This document shows positions 13,501 to 25,859 of a DNA stretch of 64,000 nucleotides, piece after piece; positions within the stretch are counted from its first letter, which is position 1, and each line of letters opens with the position of its first letter. The notes under the pieces were generated by a model, which searched no databases, had not been told where the DNA came from, and worked only from the letters and a program-made list of their open reading frames with translations. Made by a program: the position numbers and the translations under genes. The DNA is from Fistulifera solaris (taxonomy: Eukaryota), in contig AP026149.1 of assembly GCA_030295235.1 (NCBI GenBank), positions 248,001-312,000 on the forward strand, in the 5' to 3' direction.

Positions 13501-16366
13501 CCATAACAATCGTTTGCGATACTAAGCGCCTCTGGCCCTCTTCTCTGGAGACCCTCGTTATCGACGAGAAGATGCCGTTGGCCCCTAGAGCACCCGGATT
13601 GACCTTCAAGCCTGCCTGGTCCGAATTTAACGAGACAGCACGAGAAAATTCGTCTTCGAGACCTTCAAGTGTTCGACCGTCTTTAAGATCAGCTACAACT
13701 GCCAATGATATCCGGATTCCTTTGCATAGAATGTGTGTAAGTCGCTCAAGCAGTAATTCGGTGTCGGTATCCCATGTGCAAGCGAATGATCTATCGTTTT
13801 CGATTATGAGGTGCAAAGCTTGAATAATTCCGTGAGATAAAGGGAGCATTATTCCGAATTCTTCACCTTGTTTATGAGCAGCAATGGAGTCAAGTTCACT
13901 TTTCATTTTATTAAGACGAGAATCCAAAAGAGTGATTGTATCTGCCAAGAAACGATACTTTTGAGCGTTGTTAGGTATCGACTGACAGAAGATTGACAGC
14001 ATTCGAGCACCAGAATCTGCCTCTCTTTGACGAGGAGATGAAGCAAGAACTAATGCACGATCAAAGATTGCTTCGCGTGCAGCTTCCTCTCTTAAAGCGA
14101 AAGGAAGCTCAAGCTCCGTGCACGTTTGGACAAGACCAAGGACACCTGTCAATACCGTATATGCCTGGGCACGAGAACCATCCCATCGAGAATGCAGGAT
14201 TGAGACCAATGCAGCGAAAACTTCCGTCCCCACAAGCGCCTTCCGTATTACCGAACAGAAGTCGTGCTCAGTGCTGCTACGTGTTCTCACCCAAACAGTG
14301 CCTCTTTTTGCCACCAGTCTCTTGTCGAAGCCCGGCATAGACATGTCCCGTGCTGAAAACAATATCAGACTTTCCAGCATTGATAAGAAAAATGTTTCTT
14401 TGTCTTGCACCGTACCAGGGTATCCCAAGAAGTGAACCATATCACCAAGAAGAAAGTCTACAACAAAAGACTTCGTCAAAGGGAATAACCCCGATACTTG
14501 CTCGGATATCATCAGTCGATCAATGAATGAAACAATGTACTCAAGTAAAGAGGACACGTATTCTTTTCCCGAAGTTTTGACAACAAATGGAAGCATGTAT
14601 TTTATCATTTGCATTTCTGTTTCCATGCTGTCACTTGGTAGGGCATAACAACCGAGAATTTGATGTAGACTATGAAGTGCCGCAAGTCGCATCTGCGGTG
14701 AAACATGTACAAGGGCACTCTTCACAAATGCCAACGAAATAGATGAAGCAACCTGCACCTGAAATGCACGATCCGGCTTGATACATAGTCGAACAATTTC
14801 CAATTTTGCCCACAACACACGATCACTTCGCGTCAGTCGATTGGCATCCCGTACAATGTCATCCGTTGAAACACTATACGATGTGAGTTCCTTCAAAAGC
14901 TCCGTAAGCCCTCCCGGAACAGACTGAATGCGTGGTAAACAAAAAGCAGCCACCTGTTGTCGGGATGAAAAAGGTTGGATGGCAACAAGTGCGTTCGCCA
15001 AACTGGGCACCCAGTCAATTTGACGCGATAGCAAAGTCTGCCACAAGTTGGCAATCGCTCCACGATTGTTCCCCTGATTACTTATGCCAACCAATAATTC
15101 GCTCAGCAGCGTCGGAGAGACCGGGGTATCTACCAGAGGTAACACAATTTCTAACGCAATGTATTTTCCCTTGCGATGCGGCGGTTGTTTCATGATCCGA
15201 TCCACCAGTGCCGGCAATTCTTCGGGTGGATGAACCTTGATCAAGGACTGAAAGAGAGCAGCCACCGCCTGAGCCAGCTTCCGACACGGAGGATTTTCCC
15301 ATGACTCTAGAACAATTTGCATCAAGTCATATGGGAGTGTAAACTCATGACTAGAACATCGACTGACGACCGTTCGAAGTGTTTTGAGTGCCATGGTGCG
15401 AACTTGAAGATCGGACGATTGCAAAGCCGCAGTTTCGAGAAAGTCAATCAGCATCACTAACTGTGGTTCTAACTCTTCCCACAACACGGCGGCTATGAGA
15501 CCTTGCAACAATACCACTTTCGGTAAGAGTGCCAACGAATTCAAATCCGGCCTCGACAATAGATCCACGGTGCTTCCATCGTGCTGTAAAACAATCGCTC
15601 GGGCGTACGCGACACTCACAATGGGCAAGCGATCGATCATTAATGCTCGACAACTCAATAATTGATACAAGAAAGGAATCCATTTTGTAGCCACCGGTTG
15701 CGCTCTATTATTGTCTTGCAAAGACAGATTCTCCAAAATGGTCTTGACGACGGTCACCAACGCCAAAGAGTCTTGAATAAGATTCATGTACGACTGATCC
15801 AACAGAGTTGTTTCGGATAACTGGGTAGAATATTGTTGTGCGTAATAGAAAAGAACGTTCAGGGTGTCCATTTGGACGATCGGGTCGACGGACATCCAAC
15901 TCAGCGCTTCGGCAATCGACAAGACTGGATCCTTCCAACACGGTGTGGACGATGGAATGGACGCCAGAATGGACTGATACACAGCGTCATGTTCGGTTGG
16001 CAACAAAATCGGTAACACAGATTGCAGAGCTTTTCGTAACGGTAAGGGCGTTCCCGATGACAACATCCATTCCAACAGCAATCGATATAACGCCGGATCA
16101 GTGCTAACTTCGTTCTGTTGTAACATCCAACTTTTAAAGGCATGTAAGGCGTGCAATTGTTCTTTGATCGACGATGCCGTTTTCAACACGTGAATCAGTG
16201 GCATCTCGTCTTTACGGAAAAGATCCACGGCTTGCTGGACGGCAGCGGTGGTCGTTCCGCCGTCCAACAGTGCCCGATGGATGCACCCATCGTGCGGAAA
16301 CGGAATAGGATCATCCTTCTGCACGGAAAGTTGTTTCTTCTGGTTCTTCTTCCTCTTGTAAGTCAT
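10548..16366 (-). CDS. THADA: THADA/Trm732-like armadillo protein (DUF2428), multi-exon
   Basis: Motifs GSWLLTREA, LKHVGA, RRSTG, RIHALNVLRLII, WTVRNSSTMIF, PILLLLARIQP, C-terminal IFEEEDHNSYME. Three long ORFs joined by short introns around 12590-13185. Confidence 0.85.
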
Positions 16367-16607
16367 TATTATACCATCTTGATAATTTGTTAAATACTCC
16401 GTAAATGATGATTTGGTGATGAAGAACAAGTATAGTTATGGGTATTGCCATACTAGGGGAGACAATGTGATCAGGAAAGGGAAACAAAACGAAAAAAAAT
16501 GAAGGGTGGGAGACATCGTGCTACAACGGGAGAAGGTTAGACGTCATCGTACTATCCTATAAAGTGTGTTCTCCACAAGCGTGACTCAACTCATCTGCAA
16601 TCCCGAT

Positions 16608-16687
16608 AATGAATTTTCACTATATCTGGCGAAGTAGTGGAGTGCCAAAATGAATTTTCACTATCTAACGAAGTAGTGGAGTGCCAA
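16608..16687. repeat. Tandem direct duplication of about 40 bp
   Basis: aatgaattttcactatatctggcgaagtagtggagtgccaa (16608-16648) followed by aatgaattttcactatctaacgaagtagtggagtgccaa (16649-16687). Confidence 0.9.
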
Positions 16688-16770
16688 TTGTAGGTGAAAA
16701 ACGCCAACAAACATTTTTTGTTCATTATCGTTTTTCTTGTTGCCAGTTCAATATTCAAAAAGAGCCAGCC

Positions 16771-17765
16771 ATGACGGTCCTTTGGTTATTATTGCTCTTT
16801 CTTATTATTGGCGGAGTATTCGCTGCCGATGTGAAGATTGTGCAATTGGGTGATTCGTATTCGTCGGGGGTTGGGGCTGTGGCAACAAGACATGATTACG
16901 ATGAGACGGTCATTCCAGAATGTTGGCGGAGTTCGCACGGTTGGGGCGGTCAATATGCGGGACACTTATTACTCGCTGCAAATAATAATTACAATGTCAC
17001 GTATGTGAATGGAGCCTGTTCGGGGGCTAAATCGCACGATTTATTACAAGCCAATCTCGTGAGTCAGAAATGGGGACTGTGTCCTTTTCGGAGAAAACGA
17101 AATACGGCGGAAGTCTTTTACAATCGAACGCGCTTCAAATTGAAATGCAACAAGTACGCCGTGCCACAAATCAATTATGTGGATCCAGCGACCGATTTGG
17201 TCCTCTTGACGATTGGAGGGAATGATGCCTTATTTGCTCAACTGTTATCGAATTGCATTCTGGGAATTTCCATTCGCGAAGCACGCAAATGCTTGGAGAT
17301 TATAGCGGAAGCACGCACGACACAAGTCAATTACACCGAAACGATCAAAGAAGCATTGGTGGAAATTTGGTACAAGATGGGAGAATCTGGTAAAATTGTG
17401 GTGTTTCAGTACCCGCACTTGATACAAAACTATTCTCGAATATGGAACGACCCTCGTTCCGGAATCTACATTGATGGTCCGCAACTCGTTCGTCAATTCA
17501 CGGAAGAAGGGAATCACGCGTATATTGTCGCCGCGGAAGAGCTCAATACGGCGATGGGTGTCGAGTTTTTAACTATTTACAGCAAAACGATGGATCTTTT
17601 GCCAATCACGAACCGGATCCCAGAAAACACAGCCGGAATGATGATCGATGGATTTCGGAGTTTGAACGACCGATAGGCTCAGTGTTTCATCCCAATCGGA
17701 GAGGTCATTGGGAGTGGGGAGCGGCCGTCGCATTGGAAGGTGTTTTTGGTATCGATCTTTCTTAA
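16771..17765 (+). CDS. Secreted SGNH/GDSL hydrolase (SEST-like esterase)
   Basis: Signal peptide; block I QLGDSYSSG; ACSGA; block III TIGGNDALF. After a 1-nt shift in the T run near 17597-17600 comes the block V FHPNRRGH; stop 17763-17765. No introns seen. Confidence 0.85.
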
Positions 17766-18215
17766 CGCGGCTAGCAAGCGAAGCTGCAATTTCGTTTCTC
17801 CTGATTCGGTGCTTCTAGTTGATTGATCTCATTCGTTTTATTTTCGCCAGTAAAATACTACATCATGTTATTAACGAAGACGTACTTCGCTTCCGTACTA
17901 AGAAGGTGCTACAAACAAGTCACCTGCTGAGCATTTAAATTTTACCGAATCGAATCGAATTCTGGGACGGAGGGCACTATTAAGGGATTTACGAAAATAC
18001 GATGAGACCGCTAGGTAACGAGATCTAGTACGGAGTATTCATTTCGGATAATAAAGACCGCAACTAAATGTGGCTCATGTTGCGAATCTACGACGAGCCA
18101 CGACAAAAGTAAATCCAGGAAAATTTTTGCGACACAGCATTCCTTGTGCTGTGACTGATGATGCCATTCCACAGCAGAAACAAATGAAAAGGTGTTGCAT
18201 GCTTAACTGATTCCA

Positions 18216-20098
18216 TCATGCACTCTCAGCCTCTACGTCATGACTCAGTTCCTCGTCGATGCTCTGTAACTCTCTAAACGACCTGCTGCGCTGAGCGGAT
18301 TCAACTTCCGATTCATCGTTCCTTGGAGTGTTGATGTTGTCTTCAACTTCTATGAATGTCGGTTCACCCTTAGGGTTAGCTTCCGATATCAGTTGGTCGA
18401 GCATTTCATCGATCAGGTCTTTTCGTTCCCCGGCAGGCCGAAGCATGTTGATGACATCAATCATCTTTGTCAAAAATGCGGAAAAGAACAGGAAGCCGAC
18501 TAAAATGACAGCTGGAATCCACAACAAATCCGAAACGATGATAACTTCAGGGTCAATAAAGTAGTCCCCCAACCCAATTGTGGTGCTCGTAAGAAAAGCA
18601 AACCAAAATGCATCTTCGAATTTAAAAGGCTCGGCAAGACGACCTTCCTTCCAACGCATGTAAAGTTCAGCTTGGACAAGCATCCAGCCCCAATACGCTC
18701 CAGTCCAAAATAGAAAGGAAACCCATGGTCTTGTAATAAAAGCAGGATGCACCCTTCCAAGGAAGTCATCAAGGATGGCAGACACAACTCGACCAGCTCG
18801 AGCAAGTATCAAACCAAACATAAGAATCCCTACGAAACCAAACGAAATGATTAGTGCCCGCCCTAATCCAGTAGATGGAGTTTGATTACCGTAGCCGACT
18901 CTAGAACAAAAAAAGGGAAATTTGAGCACCCCTTTTGACAAAACGGATCACTGCAATACATTCATAGCTCATTGCACTCACGTTGTCATGATAGTGAAGA
19001 AAAAGAAAGCTGATGCAGCTGAATTGAATCCACAAGCGTCACCACCAGTCGCCAACGTGGCTGTCTCCCACAAAGCTTTGCTCTGAGCCTCTTCCTGCGT
19101 TAGGTTATCGTTTGTCATGTAAACATCAACTAGCGCAGTCAGCTTGCTTTCCCGGTCTCGTTCCCATTGCTCCTCATAGAAATCGTGCTGCACGTCGTAG
19201 CGGACTTCTTCTATTCTATGTGCCACTCGTCGATCTTTGCCAACTTTGATGGTCCTAGACGTCACCCCTGATGCACCTTCATAACAACGAATCCAATTGA
19301 AGCTAAGATTTCCATCCAGTTCCCGAGCCGTCCTTAAAGCGCGCTTAATGAGCTCTTCTATTCTTGGACTAGAAATTCTTCCACATCGAGCCATGAATCT
19401 TTTGAGTTCTGGAGATATAGCTACAGTCTCGTTTAACAAAAATTGTCGCGTTTCGTAGCCATAATTATTGTTTTGGGCTTCAAATGCGTCTGAAATATAA
19501 TCTTGTATATTCGCATCAGTATCTTGTGTCAAATTCGCTTTGATTCGTATGTATTGATCAAAACAGAGCAAAGGGAGAGATCGCGTGTAATTTGAGGCTA
19601 ACCAGGATATCATCCTGACTTCATCACGCGCAGCAAGATAGGAATCATTTGCACGAACTACGCGTCGAAAAAAAAAACGAAGCCGCACTTTGAGTTTGCA
19701 ACAAGGAAGCAGTCTCAAAGATCAAATTCGTTCTTACCTTCATTCCGTGCTTCTACCAAAGAAAGAAAATACCCAAACCCGAGACTGATAAAAATAATCA
19801 GCCACAGAGGAAGAAGAACTCCAAGAAGAATTGAAAACATCCGCGGATGGCGCAAGCAAATAGCTCTTCCACCACTCACACTATGTTTGATTCCCGCCTT
19901 GGTTGCTTCAGCGGCTAGATGAGCGCTTCGTGATACCAGTTGCGCTGATTGGTGTATACTTTTATCGATCGTTTTGTAAACGCTACTATCGGACCTGGGG
20001 GAGGAAACCGTTTTCCGCGATGTATTGCGGTGAAATAACGTCACTGCCTCACTTGTGACCGTATCTTCTGCGGAGTTTTCGCTCGTGTCTGGTGACAT
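18216..20098 (-). CDS. Two-pore-domain potassium channel (K2P/TPK-like), 3 exons
   Basis: P1 FFFFTIMTT|VGYGNQTP split by an intron (about 18900-18980); P2 AFWFAFLTSTTIGLGDY; flanking TM helices. Confidence 0.85.
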
Positions 20099-20733
20099 TG
20101 TGTTTTAAATGAAAGATTATTCAATTGGTACCAGTAATATGTTTGAGTTGAAGCGTTCGTTTTATTGCAAGGTTGTTGCAAGTTGCAAATCATCCCTTCA
20201 AATATTATTTTGGAACGCGGATCAAAAGGCGGAGAAAACGACGACACTCCGCCATAATCTCGCATGGGCGCGCGTCGAACATTCTAAACAGAAAGCAACA
20301 AGGACGTAATGAAGCTGTTTCACACATAACGAAACGATATAAAACAGAAACCTACTCAGTACCGTTTGCTCCAAAAACTTACAGCCAAGACTCACATAAA
20401 ACACTACGGGTCTAGAGTGAAAAAGGCCGATACATTCAATCGTGTGTCTCTACTCCCGACTTTTTCGCGCGCAAAATAGCGCACAAAAGCACGGACGTGA
20501 GTGAGTCAGTCTTGTTTTGTTCAACACTCAACACTCATCATGACGACTCACTCAAGTGACTCAAACCACAACGCTCGTAATTCTCCACCTTGCCTGTTTT
20601 CTGCGACAACCTTCCGACTTCCGATGATGTCTTACATCACTTATTATTATTTCGATGCTGTTGACAAAGCGCTTCCATGCTCTTCATTGTCCAAAAACTC
20701 ACCGCCATTGAATGCTGGTGAAAGTTTCAGCAG

Positions 20734-21387
20734 ATGAGACATTATTATTTTGACGTACTCATCATTTTCCTTTCAGCTCTAGTTGCTCAGTCATGGATTT
20801 TTCAAAAAACAACACGCTTCCCTTCGGGTACAACCGATGATGTCATACACCAATATTTCATGACAAAAGCATTAGAACAAGCGCGAAAAGTCGGAACGAA
20901 GGGAGAAGTTCCCATTGGTGCAGTCATTGTTCGAAACGACACACTCGCATCCGCCCAAGACCAAGTCTACACTCTACTTTCCGCCCAGGCCAATCAAGTC
21001 GAAACGCGGTCGGATGCTTCGGCTCACGCCGAACTCCTTTCGCTCCGCCAGGCCGCAGCGCGTCAACAGAATTGGCGACTCCTCAATTGCACTTTGTATT
21101 CGACGTTGGAGCCGTGCGCCATGTGCTGTTCGGCCGCACTCGCGTTTCGCGTCAGTGCGATTGTGTACGGGGCACCGGATCTGCGACTGGGTGCCATTGT
21201 CACCCATTATCAATTGTTGAATCAGTCTCATCCATTTCACACCATTTCTGCCGTAGTCAGTGGAGTTTTGGAAGAGGAATCCGCGGAACTGTTAAGAAAT
21301 TTCTTTCGAGAACGACGACAACTAGGTAGTCAAGTCCGGCGTCCGTTCAGCGACAAAAACGTCTTTTGGAAGCTACGAAAACGTTGA
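20734..21387 (+). CDS. tadA: tRNA adenosine(34) deaminase, probably plastid-targeted
   Basis: GEVPIGAVIV, HAE, TLEPCAMC, FFRERR motifs; N-terminal signal peptide ending AQS-W. Confidence 0.85.
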   Translation: MRHYYFDVLIIFLSALVAQSWIFQKTTRFPSGTTDDVIHQYFMTKALEQARKVGTKGEVPIGAVIVRNDTLASAQDQVYTLLSAQANQVETRSDASAHAELLSLRQAAARQQNWRLLNCTLYSTLEPCAMCCSAALAFRVSAIVYGAPDLRLGAIVTHYQLLNQSHPFHTISAVVSGVLEEESAELLRNFFRERRQLGSQVRRPFSDKNVFWKLRKR

Positions 21388-21890
21388 TTATTCAAGTTGG
21401 TTCGAAAGTGACTCCTCTATAGCTCTTTTTGAATGCTTACTGCGAGCACGCCGGGACAAAATGAGATCGTCGTCGATTGGTTTAGTGTCTTTTATAAACA
21501 TTCATGTCAGCAATGCGGTACACGAAATCTATTTTTCACCCAAAATAAGAGCCAGCATTAGAGGAAAGTCGTATATCATTCATGCTACTCGGAGTACTTC
21601 TTCGTTAGTTATTCATTATTTAGCACTTGTCAGCCTTAGCTGCTGTTTATGGAGTGATAGTGCGACGAAGAGAAACGGTACCGGTACTAGTACAACAGAG
21701 TCGTTCAGGTACTTCGGGAGATACAGTGGCGGTTTTTGGTTCCACAGTTGCGTTTTGTTGTTGAAAAAAATAATAATGTTTGTGCTGCGTGTTCGGTTCT
21801 GCTGATGGGATAAAGGATCATTATCCGTTATTCCCTTGGACAAGCTTGTCTTTGTTATCTCTTCCGATAATAATTACACACAATACTATC

Positions 21891-23974
21891 ATGGAAGTGG
21901 AAGAAAGTACTTACCGGCCACGCAAACTAAAGAAAGATTATGCGTACGCAACGAAATTCGGTCTCCTTTTGACGGCCGTGACCGTCTCTTTGTTCGTTCT
22001 CTTGTCACTCGTCAGTTCACCTGCTTCTATGCACAAGAATCGATGGCTCGAAGAAGACGACAACAACAACAGCAACAACAACAATAATAACGACGACGAA
22101 GACTACACGGCATACTCGTGTCATTACTTATACGAGAAAACGCCCGAACCGGGCGAACAACAATGTCGCTTCGCTCGCACGTGCAACGGCGGGGACGGAA
22201 TCTGGGCGCCCTTTCTCTTTTGTTCGAATCATCGCTTTTCAACGACATTCTTGGCCTGGCTGATATCACCCATCATATTACTGTGGATGGTGTTACTCTT
22301 TCGGATGCTGGGCAGTTCGGCCGAAGATTTCTTTTCCCCGGCGCTCGAAATGTTTTCCATCAAACTGGGATTGCCACCCCGTTTTGCGGGTGTGACTTTA
22401 CTGGCGTTAGGAAATGGTGCGGCGGATGTATCTGCAACCATTTCCGCCATAAAGAGTGATCCCGAAAAAGGATACGAATTGTCGCTCGGGGCGTTGACGG
22501 GCGCGGCCATGTTCATCTCGGGCTTGATCAGTGCGGTGGTCGTCTTGGCGGCCCACGGAGTTCCCTGTCGCGGGGCACTGGTGCGCGATGTCACCATGTT
22601 GTGTATCACGGTACTCGTGGTATGGCATCAACTGAGCCAAGGCAAGGTGGGACCGGAAACGATGACGATCTTTGTGAGTTTGTACTTGTGCTTTGTGTTT
22701 TTAGTGTTGGCCGCGGACATTTATCACCGTGCAGTGGTGATTCCTCGACTAGCCATTGCGGCCCGAGAACGAGAACGTCGGCGGCAATTGGAAGCGCAAC
22801 AAATACATGAAGCAACCGTCGGAGAGCAACAACGTGAAGATTTGTCGTCCACAGAAGTAACCCGAACGCCGTGGGCCATGGCGATCACAGCATTGAGTAA
22901 CTATGATAATGCGGAGAGCTCACAAAGTGGATGGGCGGTCGAATCGGACGACTTGGCCGAAGAAAGACCCGTCGTACTGCACGGAAGTCATGGAATCTTG
23001 CGCGGTGGAGATGGTCACGACGCGGATCATTCCAATTACAGCATATTGAACGTGGATTCGGCCTGTGTGGAATCCGGAAGTCCGGGTGTACCAGCGGGAA
23101 GCTGGAAGACCTCATTCAAAGACGGTCGGAAAGAATTGATAGATCATATGTATGCCGTTTGGGGGGATATATTCTGGAATGATGATGTTGATCTGTTATC
23201 GCAATTCTTGTTACTGTGCGAGTTTCCTTTTACGTTTCTGCGAAAGATCACGATTCCCATCCCCTGCGAAGGTCACTATGTTCGTGGTCTGGTAGCTCTC
23301 TCCATGGTATTGTCTCCGGTATGGTTCATGTACTACTTGTGGAGGAGCCACAGTTTTAATATGTTTTCAGACCTTGGGTGGCTGTACTTTTTACTAGCAT
23401 GGATGGCCATGTGCGCGGCAGCCATGTGCATTCTACGATACGCTCCCAATGGAGAAGGCGAAATATCACTGCCGATCGCCACTCCCATTGCCCTCTACGG
23501 ATTCATCATTGCAGCAACGTGGATCGATACGATAGCCGATGCGCTGGTGTCTTTGCTCAACTTTTTGGGTATTATTCTGCGAATACCAGGTCCCATCATC
23601 GGTTTGACCATTCTCGCTTGGGGCAATAGCATGGGTGATCTAAGCGCGAACGTCACCATGGCCCGCAAAGGCCTCGGAAACATGGCCATGACGGCCTGTT
23701 TCGCGGGGCCCGTTTTAACATTTTGATAGGTTTGGGTTTGGGCTTTGGATCCCTGGCTGCGATTACCGGAAACCCCGAAACGGCCGTACATCTTTCACCC
23801 TCCATCGTCTCGGGTCTTTTGTTCATTGCCTTGAATGGAATCCTCATTCTAACGGTCGGTCTGGCGTTTGGTGTCCAAGGCCGAATTGACACATCGTACG
23901 GTTTTTCAGCTTTGGCGCTATATGTGGCCTATTTGGTCACTGCAATCTCAATGCAGTATTCCCAGTATTCGTAG
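21891..23974 (+). CDS. Cation/Ca2+ exchanger (CCX/NCLX-like)
   Basis: Alpha-1 GVTLLALGNGAADV and alpha-2 GLTILAWGNSMGDL repeats, ACFAGP. A 1-nt frameshift in the T run near 23713 joins the 23723-23974 ORF. Confidence 0.9.
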
Positions 23975-24155
23975 AGGGGATGCAATGACACACACAAAAA
24001 TTGAGAATGAATAATGAACTGCTAGTCACATCCCTTCTCTTCATAAGTACTGTAAGGTACATTCAATATTGTGTTAACGATAATTGAAGCGGTGATTAAT
24101 AGTTAGTAATAGCCAAAACTGAATACATTGAATGTACTTGAAGCAAAACTGGTAA

Positions 24156-24645
24156 TCAGGTGGTCGAAAGCTTCTCCCCTCCGGAATAGAAGCTCGACAT
24201 GAGAGGAGGCAGTTGACACTTCGATGGTGTAGCTTTGCTGTCGTCCGAATGTTGCGACATTTCGTACAGTTTCGTCCATCGATATCGACGATCGTGAACT
24301 TGCCGAGCCTTGTGGAAATAAGCTTTCTCCAGTTTTGTGGCAAGCGCAATCTTGGCAGTAATCGTTTGTTGTTGGCTAGCGTTTACCGTTTCACCCGTTG
24401 TTGTTGATGCACCACCTTGTTCCTTTAGGACACGCACCATCATTTTTCGCTTCTTACCCACTTCTATGGCTTTTGTCAAGATACGCCAGCTCGACACGCA
24501 CAGCTTTGTCAATCTTGGCTCGTAAATCATCGCGCTTGGGTCCTTTCGATTTGACGTCGTCGGCATTATTGCGAACATCAACGCTGAGTTGTGTACTCGC
24601 AATTCTTCCGGCATGCTCGTCATTCCAGTGAACATGCGATGTCAT
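24156..24645 (-). CDS. Hypothetical protein (frameshifted)
   Basis: Two overlapping minus-strand ORFs (MTSHVHWNDE...LDKSHRSG / KKRKMMVRVL...KLEKAYFHKARQVHDRRYRW) could join near 24455. No family recognised. Confidence 0.4.
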
Positions 24646-25859
24646 CGTGTTTGTTGATATCTCCGAGGGACGATTCATGATAATGACAAAAGATTTGCCC
24701 GTCACGACAACTATTGATGAAAGAGAAATAAATAACAAAAAGGATGATAGGAAACAACACGAGAAGAGGCACGTGAATTCTGTTAATGAAGTCGCCTTTT
24801 TGGGTCGTTCAACTCCATCAACTCCAATGATACTAGAACAGAGAGTACAAGGACTCGCCAAATTCCAAACGCTTCGTACACGCGTGGCTCGCTCGTCATT
24901 TCGAAGGGCCTATTTCCAGACAGTCTTATATTGGAATCCCTCTATGAAGTGTACTATATCTAACACCAAATTCATACATACATTTGGAAGGTTATTGAAG
25001 TTCCAGTGACAAATAACGACAAAATAGAATATGATCCAATATTACTAAGCCCCACATCCAAACATCACTTCATTTACTAGTACTCTGGCAGGACGTGATA
25101 ATGAAAGAACCAGATTCCGTCTTATTTATTGTGAGCCACAGATCGAAGTTTGAATTTTATATTATGTGGCTACTTACACGAAAGGTAGTTCGTCCTGCTA
25201 CTTCGTAGTTTATTGCTGCAATTATTCTTGAATACAGTACCAAGAGGATGATTCGTGATTCGTGTTTCAGAACTAGGGTAAAAACTGTAGAATCATCTAG
25301 AATCTATGATGATTCAAATTCTAAACGAACCGCTTTTAAAGTAATGTCTCGAAGCCCTAAGCCCTTCCCAAAACAGTTCACGAACGTCCTTAAGAAAGCA
25401 AGCCCTTGGATTTTTCTTGAGCTTTCTTTTTACCGTCATTTGCGTCCAGTGATGAAAATGTCTGAAAATTGCCCTTGACACGGCTCCCATGTACAATCTA
25501 GGCAACAGTAAAAGATCAACGAAGCCTGATGTTCTGTCCCGCGTCCCGCTTTAGCGTTGGAATTTCAACCTTTCAGGCCCGTTCCTAACCAAAATATCGT
25601 ACCCAATATCGTACACTTCATCGCACTCATTTCCGGGTTATCCCTTTTTTTTGTGCGATGGATTTCCATCGTACCCTCTCGTGCGATGGGGTACGATGCG
25701 ATCCATCGTCTCCAAACTCGAACCATAAACTGGGAAACTTTTGAATAACAACGAATTGACATTGCAATAAAATTTCTTTGACGCACACACTTTCCAATAA
25801 TTTGGAAGTAATCATCCATCATTATTGTTAGGACATAGCTATCCCTTTTGGTACGGAAC

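Noticed and set aside
16608..16687. CRISPR-like repeat array
   Set aside because: Only two abutting units, no unique spacers, no cas genes, and a eukaryotic context.
18150..18212. Possible C/D-box snoRNA (TGATGA...CTGA)
   Set aside because: Too short, no convincing terminal stem or recognisable rRNA guide, and it lies antisense to a 3' UTR.
22058..22100. (AAC)n microsatellite
   Set aside because: Ordinary poly-Asn/Asp coding tract within the CCX gene.
24900..25570. AT-rich segment left of the transposon as a possible TE remnant
   Set aside because: No recognisable transposase or RT motifs and no terminal repeats.
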